Shown in pieces: positions 61,405-64,000 of a DNA stretch of 64,000 bases. The stretch spans positions 32,001 to 96,000 of the forward strand of contig CAWGJT010000007.1 in assembly GCA_963822965.1 (NCBI GenBank), written 5' to 3'. This stretch comes from an uncultured delta proteobacterium. GTDB lineage: Bacteria; Myxococcota_A; UBA9160; UBA4427. Below the pieces are notes generated by a model. That model saw only the letters and a list, made by a program, of their open reading frames with translations. It did no database searches and was not told the origin of the DNA. The translations under genes and the position numbers were made by a program. How positions within the stretch are numbered: position 1 is the stretch's first letter; each line of letters opens with the position of its first letter.

Positions 61405-62250
61405 ATGATGCGTATGTTCCTCATGCTGGGCTGGTCGTGTTTATCGGCGCATGTGCCGACGACGTCCAGCCGATCCAGTACGAACCGGTCCCGCCGTCGA
61501 TCCTGACCCCCGACCGAGTTGAGACCCGCCTGGGGACCCTCGCGTTTTTCGACGGCTATCCGAGCGCAGAGACCGTCGACGCGGTATACGACAACCTCGA
61601 TTTCCAGCGCGGCGTTCGTGCGTTTCTCGATGGCCTGCCCATCGCCTCGCTACACGCGATGCGCGAGGGCCTGCGTGAGGTGGGCGCTGTGAACGGCACG
61701 GTCGGCATCTTCGAGACCCTGATGGACCCGCGGACACTGTTTCTGACGGCCAACACGGAGAGCGTCTATGCGGTGACGTGGCTCGATCTGAAGGACGGTC
61801 CGATGGTGGTGGAGAGCGCACCCAACACCCTTGGCATCCTCGACGACTTCTGGTTCGGGCACGTGACGGACCTGGGTAACGCCGGCCCGGACCGGGGGCA
61901 GGGCGGCAAGTTCCTCATCCTGCCGCCCGGCTACGAGGGCGAGGTGCCCGACGGCTACCATACGTTCACCTCGCGGACCTACGGCAACTGGCTCATCTGG
62001 CGCGGCTTCCTTGAGGATGGCGACCCGAAGGCGGCGGTGGCGAACCTCAAGGCGCACACGCGTATCTACCCGCTGGCGCAGCGCGATGCACCGCTCGCCA
62101 CGGAGTTCGTCAACCTGTCGGGCAAGTCCTTCAACACCATTCATGCCAACGACCTGACGTTCTACGAGGAGGTCCACGCTGTGCTGCAGGAGGAGCCCGT
62201 CGACGCCCTCGATCCCGAGTATCTCGGCCTGCTGGCCGCCACGGGGCTCT
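61405..62250 (+). pseudogene. DUF1254-domain lipoprotein, truncated at the 3' end
   Basis: VETRLGTLAFFDGYP, LFLTANT, GPDRGQGGKFL; family-like sequence stops at LLAATGL; indel in the signal peptide. Confidence 0.8.
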
Positions 62251-62387
62251 ATCCGGCTCCGATTCCCGCGGCTACCCGCCGTGTTGGCCCCGATCCTCTC
62301 CTGTTCCAGGCCTTCGACGCAGAGCCTCGGGCGGAGGGGGGTGAAGAGGCCGCAGTCGAACCCGCGACCGAGCTGGTGCACCCTGGC

Positions 62388-63227
62388 TCATTCCGCCTTT
62401 TCGAACACCTGGATGTCTTGCTCGCTGCGAAGGGCTTCGATGCGCTTCCGGAAGGCCTGCTGCCCGGCGCGCATGCGCAGCGAACGCGCGACCCGCTCGT
62501 GCGCGTCCTCGTAGGGAACCGGTGCTGCGGGCAGGATCTCCACCAGCTCGATCACGCCGAAGCCCTCCTCGGGCGAGCCGGCGACGGCGCGTTCGCCCGG
62601 CGTTGCCAGCGTCAGCGCCTCGGGCAGTACCTTGGCGGGAAGCCGCCGGATCGCCGCGGGCCCGATCGTCTCGACGCCAGGGGCCGCCGCCCCGGCCGGC
62701 CCGGCGAACAGCGCCTCGGCCTCGGCCCGGGAGCTGGCGGGCGTGAAGCGCAGGGTGAGCTGCGTCTCACGGTAGTTCGCCTTGGTCGCCTCGTAGGCGG
62801 CACGCACCTCTTCTTCGGTGGGCGCCGCCGCGTCGGCGACCTGCGCGAAGAGGGCATCCCGCAACAGGGCTTCCTCGCGCACCATGGCCTCGCGACGCAC
62901 CTCGGCGATCGCCGCCGCGAGCTTCGGGTCGGCACCGGCGAGATCGAGCTGTCGGGCCTCGTCCGCTGCGAGAACGCGCGTGATGGCCTCCTCGAGCTGA
63001 CGGCGCCGACCTGCGGCGTCGGGGGCCGGGGCCCCGAGCTCGGCGGCCCGCAGCTCGCGTTGCCCGATGCGCGCGACCACCGGCGAGGTGTCGGCGCTGG
63101 AATCCGGCGGCGGGGGCTCTGCTGGCGAGCACGCGAGCATGCCCAGGAGGATACCCGTGGCGACGATGTGGATGCCTTGCTTGCTTCCGCGAGGCAAGTG
63201 CGTCTCCCTCCAGTTCACTTTCGACAT
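62388..63227 (-). CDS. SurA/PpiC-like lipoprotein (degenerate parvulin)
   Basis: MLAC lipobox, VVARIG, PTEEEVRAAYE, GFGVIEL, PYEDA...LRSEQDI; start uncertain. Confidence 0.65.
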   Translation of the reverse strand: MSKVNWRETHLPRGSKQGIHIVATGILLGMLACSPAEPPPPDSSADTSPVVARIGQRELRAAELGAPAPDAAGRRRQLEEAITRVLAADEARQLDLAGADPKLAAAIAEVRREAMVREEALLRDALFAQVADAAAPTEEEVRAAYEATKANYRETQLTLRFTPASSRAEAEALFAGPAGAAAPGVETIGPAAIRRLPAKVLPEALTLATPGERAVAGSPEEGFGVIELVEILPAAPVPYEDAHERVARSLRMRAGQQAFRKRIEALRSEQDIQVFEKAE

Positions 63228-63232
63228 CACTT

Positions 63233-64000
63233 CTATGGCAGGAGTAGGCCCGCGTCCCAGCCGAAGGAAGCTGCTACGAGGGGAGGCGGTTCGGGGGGCG
63301 CTTCGGGGTCTGGCGGGGGGATGGCCAGGAACGGCATCACTGGCTCTCGGGGCAGGGCCATCGGATCGGAGACGTCGACGAAGGACAGCCGCTGTGTCGC
63401 AGCATCCAGCAAGGCGAGCACGCTTCCGTCGGGCGACCAGGCGCTCTCTGCCCGCATCGTATTGGGAAGACCGAGCGCGACGTCGTGCACCTCGTCGTCC
63501 TGGCCCTCGAGCATCTCCAGATAGAGGAGATCGCTGGTGGGACCCGGGACCGCGTTGTACTGGGGATTCAGGTTGTGGAGGCAGGACACCCGCACCCTTC
63601 GCCTCGGGGTACCGTTCACGAGAACGGAGTCGATGCGAGCCCCACCAACGCGCTGGATCGCTCCAGCCGAGGGCGGGCAGGCGGGCCGTTGGCTCGAGGG
63701 GAACAGCGGATCGCTGATGTCGGCCGCGCACGCGACGAGGCCTCGCGCAGCCCCGGCAGACTGGGCGTCGAGCACGTCCGTGTAGACCGCCTCGACCTCG
63801 GTGCCCTGATCCACGAGCGTGGCACGGAACACGCTGTCCGCCGAGCGACCGAACTGCATCTGGGACTGGCTGACCAGGTCCCAGGTCGCCTGCGTGCACT
63901 CTGCGGTCACCAACGCCTCGCTCTCCGAGATCGGCACCAGCCGCTTGGGCTCGCCGCAGCGCTCCATCTCCACCACGTCGGCAGACGGCATGTCCAGGAT
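63233..64000 (-). CDS. C-terminal part of a probable extracellular beta-propeller-type protein (runs off window end)
   Basis: Open frame to window edge, AWSPDGSVLA, FVDVSDP motifs, several Cys. Confidence 0.5.
   Translation of the reverse strand: MLDMPSADVVEMERCGEPKRLVPISESEALVTAECTQATWDLVSQSQMQFGRSADSVFRATLVDQGTEVEAVYTDVLDAQSAGAARGLVACAADISDPLFPSSQRPACPPSAGAIQRVGGARIDSVLVNGTPRRRVRVSCLHNLNPQYNAVPGPTSDLLYLEMLEGQDDEVHDVALGLPNTMRAESAWSPDGSVLALLDAATQRLSFVDVSDPMALPREPVMPFLAIPPPDPEAPPEPPPLVAASFGWDAGLLLP

Noticed and set aside
61437..63524. 695-aa DUF1254 fusion protein
   Set aside because: After about 62250 the frame is just the antisense of the SurA-like gene.

Overview
High-GC bacterial window, probably Myxococcota or a related deltaproteobacterial-type lineage (inferred from gene content, including PEP-CTERM/VPxPA-CTERM proteins). 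Many otherwise intact genes are split by single-base indels, most likely long-read assembly error. Layout: (1) 0.8-4.6 kb, lipoproteins, a TauD dioxygenase and a DapB-like oxidoreductase; (2) about 4.4-30.5 kb, an accessory stress/signalling block (aspartic protease, CheB-CheR/PAS kinase/NarL-type regulator, BON proteins, ExeA-like ATPase, LysM, ECF sigma, GT2/deacetylase/methyltransferase, DUF883 cluster, AI-2E, CsbD, lmo0937-like) bracketed by 64-bp direct repeats taken from the oxidoreductase gene; (3) 30.5-43 kb, acyl-CoA ligase, TetR, four-subunit 2-oxoacid:ferredoxin oxidoreductase, M48/LemA, M16 peptidase, amidohydrolase; (4) 43-64 kb, a mosaic of PhyH dioxygenase, BVMO, CYP153-LeuCD-LuxR, a large secreted protein, an IS110 element, a TMTC-like TPR protein, DUF47 and a PDZ-M48 pair. 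The most notable non-coding signals are a symmetric 48-bp double-hairpin inserted in frame in the catalytic-serine region of the IS110 recombinase, three dif-like sites (two in direct repeat around one gene), CTAG-bounded hairpin MITEs sitting on TAG stop codons, and tRNA-fragment scars flanking gene modules. No CRISPR array, intact tRNA, rRNA, integrase or reverse transcriptase was recognised. All family calls come from motif recognition by eye; no database search was run.
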